Of a DNA stretch of 34,274 bases, positions 31,441 to 34,274 are shown piece after piece; position 1 is the first letter of the stretch, and every line of letters starts with the position of its first letter. The DNA is from an uncultured Syntrophorhabdus sp. (GTDB taxonomy: Bacteria > Desulfobacterota > BSN033 > UBA1163). Where the stretch lies: positions 1-34,274 of the forward strand of contig CAZREE010000005.1 in assembly GCA_964599175.1 (NCBI GenBank). Direction: 5' to 3'. A program made the position numbers and the translations under genes. The notes below the pieces were generated by a model. That model had not been told where the DNA came from, did no database searches, and worked only from the letters and a program-made list of their open reading frames with translations.

Positions 31441-31923
31441 TTATCGGGCAACGTGGACGGGGATTGGCTCTAACACCCTCACCAGATCCTTCGGAGACAT
31501 CTCGCATAAGAGGCCTCGTCGGCCTGCATTGATGAATATCCGGGGAAGGCTGAGAATCGTCTCTTCGACATAGACCGGAAGTTGTTTCTTCGTTCCAAAA
31601 GGAGAGATTCCGCCAACCATATAACCGGTGTGTTTCAAGGCTGTTTCAGAAGAACAGGGTGTGACTGATTTAACTCCGAGGACCCTTGCCAGTTCTTTCG
31701 TCGAGACCTCTTTGTCCCCGTGCATGAGAATGATGAGAGGTGATTTTTTTTCGTCCTCCATCACAAGGGTCTTTACCGTCAGGTGCTCATCCACGCCCAG
31801 GGTCTGCGCCGCAACTTCCGTGCCTCCCTTCTCCTCATACCGATAAGGGCGTTCGATGAACTCCACCTGATGCTCTCTCAAAAAGCGAATCGCATTGGTA
31901 GTTGGGAATTTATCTTTTGACAA
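31441..31923 (-). CDS. ybaK: YbaK/EbsC-type Cys-tRNA(Pro) deacylase
   Basis: Start re-set to the TTG at 31923 (GAGGGGG 6 nt upstream), giving 160 aa. The ORF-track N-terminal extension runs through a repeat element. Blocks TTNAIRFL and GYMVGGISPFG. Confidence 0.75.
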   Translation of the reverse strand: MSKDKFPTTNAIRFLREHQVEFIERPYRYEEKGGTEVAAQTLGVDEHLTVKTLVMEDEKKSPLIILMHGDKEVSTKELARVLGVKSVTPCSSETALKHTGYMVGGISPFGTKKQLPVYVEETILSLPRIFINAGRRGLLCEMSPKDLVRVLEPIPVHVAR

Positions 31924-31943
31924 GAAATACCCCCTCACCCCTA

Positions 31944-32102
31944 CCCTCTCCCACCAGGAGACTGTGTCGTAATAGGGGAAACTGTAAAAAATGTCATGCC
32001 GAACTTGTTTCGGCATCTAATAATTCCAAGAAGTTACGAGACCCTGAAACAAGTTCAGGGTGACATAATAGTAATTATGACACAGTCACCCAGGAGAGAG
32101 GG
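31944..32102. repeat. MITE-like element: imperfect ~29-bp terminal inverted repeats enclosing copy B of the double-hairpin repeat
   Basis: The left end CCCTCTCCCACCAGGAGACTGTGTCGTAAT (31944-31973) compares with the reverse complement of the right end (32074-32102), CCCTCTCTCCTGGGTGACTGTGTCATAAT. Internal hairpins lie at 31990-32020 and 32034-32060. Confidence 0.6.
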
Positions 32103-32120
32103 AGAAAAGGGATTTCATCA

Positions 32121-32495
32121 CTATAGGTCTTTCTCCTGAAATTTCTTTTTAGCTCTCTGCCTTCTTTTCGATTTCTGTTTCCTGATTTTTTCTATTTCCT
32201 TTTCATCATCCGTGATCTGACCTGATAATCGCACAATGCGGTTGACCAGTTCTCTCCTCGCAAAAAATCGATTGAGCGCCTGGCTCCTTTCGGTCATCCA
32301 CTTCACTTCAATCCCCGTGGGAAGATGCTTGAGATAAACGCAGGTGGAAGTCTTGTTCACCTTCTGCCCTCCCCTCCCCGACGAGCGAATGAATTTCTCT
32401 TCAATATCCCTCTCATGAATGTTCAGGGATTCCATCTTCTCCTTGAGGTCTCTGTTTTTCTCCTCGCTCACAGGGAACATAAAAGAGAGGCTCAT
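32121..32495 (-). CDS. GGQ-motif class-I release-factor-domain protein (ArfB-like peptidyl-tRNA hydrolase candidate)
   Basis: 124 aa with SSGRGGQKVNKTSTCV and a Lys/Arg-rich C-terminal tail. ATGA overlap with the upstream gene. Confidence 0.65.
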   Translation of the reverse strand: MSLSFMFPVSEEKNRDLKEKMESLNIHERDIEEKFIRSSGRGGQKVNKTSTCVYLKHLPTGIEVKWMTERSQALNRFFARRELVNRIVRLSGQITDDEKEIEKIRKQKSKRRQRAKKKFQEKDL

Positions 32496-34156
32496 TTGAA
32501 CTCCGGATCATCACACCAGCAGAGCATGCCGCCGTCGATGTTTCTCACATTCTCAAAACCCTGATGTTGGAGTTTGAGGCAGGCTTTATAAGAGCGAAGG
32601 CCTGACTCACAGTGAACAGCGATCTCTTTCTTTTTATCAAGTTCTCCCATGCGTTTTTCTAACTTTCCCTGAGGAATCCAGGTGGACCCGGGGATCCGTT
32701 TTCTGGCAACCTCCTCTTCCTCTCTGACATCCAGAACCTGAAAAGAACCTTTTGAAGTCGAGAGCCTCTCCTTCACCTCCGCTAACTGAATCCCCCTCAC
32801 CTTTCCTTCCAGTTTGTTCGTCAGGACATTGGCCGCCACAATGACCGGTGAGAGAGCCGGACTGTAAGGGGGCGCATAAGCCAGATCCACGTTGGCTAAT
32901 TCCTGAGCAGTCATCTTTCCATGAAGGGCCATGGCTAAGATGTCGATTAATTTATCCGAAGGCCCCTCTCCAATCGCCTGACCTCCAAGAACCCTGCCGG
33001 TCTTTTGATCTGCAATCACCTTCAGGGTGGACTCTTTCCCTCCGGGGTAATAGTGGGCTCGATCATATCCTCTGACAATGGCCTGAATCGGCTGGAATCC
33101 CTCTTTCTCAGCCTCCCTCATGCCCAATCCGGTCTTTGCCACATTGAAATCGAAGACCTTGAAGATGGCTGTCCCCATTACTCCCGGAAAGACTGCATTG
33201 CCGCCACAGAGATTTACACCCGCCACCCTGCCCTGTTTATTCGCTGTGGAGCCAAGAGGAACCCATACCTTCTTCCCTGTAATCAGATGGGTCGTCTCAG
33301 CGCAATCTCCTGCCGCATAAATTCCCTCGACACTGGTCTCCATTCTCTCGTTTACCCAGACCGCTCCGGTCTCACCGATCTTCAGCCCGGCCTTTCTCGC
33401 CAGATCAATCCGGGGTCGCACGCCAAGACTCATTAAAACCGCATGCGCTTCAATCTCATGACCTGCTGTCCGGACCTGTGTGACCTTGCCTTCCTTTCCG
33501 ACCAGGGCCTGAATGCCCTCGGAGGTAAAAATTTGAATCCCTTTTGTCTCCAGGTAACGACGGAGCAGGCTTGCAAAATCTTCATCAAAAAGCGTCAGAA
33601 TCTGGGGCGCTAATTCGACAATCGTCACTTTCTTATTTGAACGGACAAGGGATTCGGCCATCTCCAGCCCGATATAGCCCCCGCCGGCGATCACAACATC
33701 CGTGATTTTTTCTGACCGTATCGCCTGGATAATTGCATCTGCGTCGAAGATCGAACGAAGATAAAAGACATTTCTCAGATCGATGCCTTCGATTCTTGGC
33801 CGAATCGGCTCGGCTCCCGTGGCAAAGACCAATCGGTCAAATTGATCCTCAAACTGTTCTCCCGATTCAAGATTCTTCCCTGAGACGGTCTTTCCCCTAA
33901 CATCAACATCCTCGATTCGCCGACCTTTCAGAACCTTTATCCCGTCCAGAGCAAACTTGCCGGGTGTCCGTGAGATCAACTGATCTCTCTCCTTGATCAC
34001 ACCACCGATAAAGTAGGGAAGTCCGCAACCCGCATAAGAGATCTCTTCTTCCCCCTGATAGATGACGATCTCCATCTGAGGATCGCATCTCTTTGCTTTG
34101 GCAGCCGCCTTGGGCCCCGCCGCCACTCCTCCGATCACCAAAAGCCTCTTTCCCAT
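32492..34156 (-). CDS. CoA-disulfide reductase / NADH oxidase family flavoprotein with a C-terminal rhodanese domain
   Basis: Start re-set to the ATG at 34156, with AAGGGGGG upstream. Motifs: VIGGVAAG FAD fold, redox Cys in SYAGCGLPY, second fold VIAGGGYIGLE, and the rhodanese loop VHCESGLRS. Confidence 0.8.
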   Translation of the reverse strand: MGKRLLVIGGVAAGPKAAAKAKRCDPQMEIVIYQGEEEISYAGCGLPYFIGGVIKERDQLISRTPGKFALDGIKVLKGRRIEDVDVRGKTVSGKNLESGEQFEDQFDRLVFATGAEPIRPRIEGIDLRNVFYLRSIFDADAIIQAIRSEKITDVVIAGGGYIGLEMAESLVRSNKKVTIVELAPQILTLFDEDFASLLRRYLETKGIQIFTSEGIQALVGKEGKVTQVRTAGHEIEAHAVLMSLGVRPRIDLARKAGLKIGETGAVWVNERMETSVEGIYAAGDCAETTHLITGKKVWVPLGSTANKQGRVAGVNLCGGNAVFPGVMGTAIFKVFDFNVAKTGLGMREAEKEGFQPIQAIVRGYDRAHYYPGGKESTLKVIADQKTGRVLGGQAIGEGPSDKLIDILAMALHGKMTAQELANVDLAYAPPYSPALSPVIVAANVLTNKLEGKVRGIQLAEVKERLSTSKGSFQVLDVREEEEVARKRIPGSTWIPQGKLEKRMGELDKKKEIAVHCESGLRSYKACLKLQHQGFENVRNIDGGMLCWCDDPEFK

Positions 34157-34219
34157 TTTCCCCCCTTGAATTGAATTATATTCAAGACCTAAATTGAGCG
34201 ATTTTTTCACCCTTCACAA

Positions 34220-34274
34220 GAGACTGTGTCGTAATTAGCCGTTTGCCCTTCGACAGGCTCAGGACGAACGGCTA
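34220..34274. repeat. solo copy of the TIR core (GAGACTGTGTCGTAAT) followed by a hairpin repeat, truncated by the window edge
   Basis: 34220-34235 is identical to 31958-31973. TAGCCGTT (34236-34243) pairs with AACGGCTA (34267-34274). Confidence 0.55.

Noticed and set aside
31924-32016. ybaK N-terminal extension MPKQVRHDIFYSFPYYDTVSWWERVGVRGYF
   Set aside because: It reads through the MITE-like repeat. The TTG at 31923 with GAGGGGG upstream gives the canonical ~160-aa YbaK length.

Overview
34.3-kb chromosomal segment, coded almost entirely on the minus strand. It looks like an anaerobic bacterium because it carries a 2-oxoacid:ferredoxin oxidoreductase plus corrinoid and nickel-pincer enzymes. 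The lineage cannot be determined from sequence alone. All family calls come from motif recognition by eye; no searches or alignments were run. I support 33 protein-coding genes, one low-confidence small ORF and one gene remnant. I saw no rRNA, tRNA, CRISPR array, transposase or obvious defence genes.

Contents:
(1) An orphan RACo-type corrinoid activator, a small Cys-rich Rho_N/SAP-like protein and pcnB.
(2) A TetR-controlled module with a TRAP transporter, a divergent B12 acyl-CoA mutase (large and small subunits) and a PaaK-type CoA ligase. The same promoter/operator sequence sits in front of both transcription units.
(3) A second TRAP operon, preceded by a decayed dctM 3' fragment.
(4) A flavin reductase.
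(5) A three-gene signalling set: a DUF4388/PATAN protein, a Cache-HAMP receptor with no output domain, and a double PATAN-like protein. A good sigma-54 promoter match lies upstream.
(6) A long GntR-headed operon encoding a four-subunit OFOR whose delta subunit is fused to a GltD-type NAD(P)H flavoprotein, followed by a third TRAP system and a secreted unknown protein.
(7) A divergent LarA-type nickel-pincer racemase and a convergent DUF1638 gene.
(8) GNAT, ybaK, a GGQ release-factor-like protein and a CoA-disulfide-reductase/rhodanese fusion.

Intergenic regions are packed with several families of short hairpin or oligomer repeats. One is a composite element present in two inverted copies with a pairing-preserving substitution, one copy nested in a MITE-like structure.

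Many ORF-track starts are over-extended through repeats or upstream genes. I re-set them to starts with Shine-Dalgarno support.
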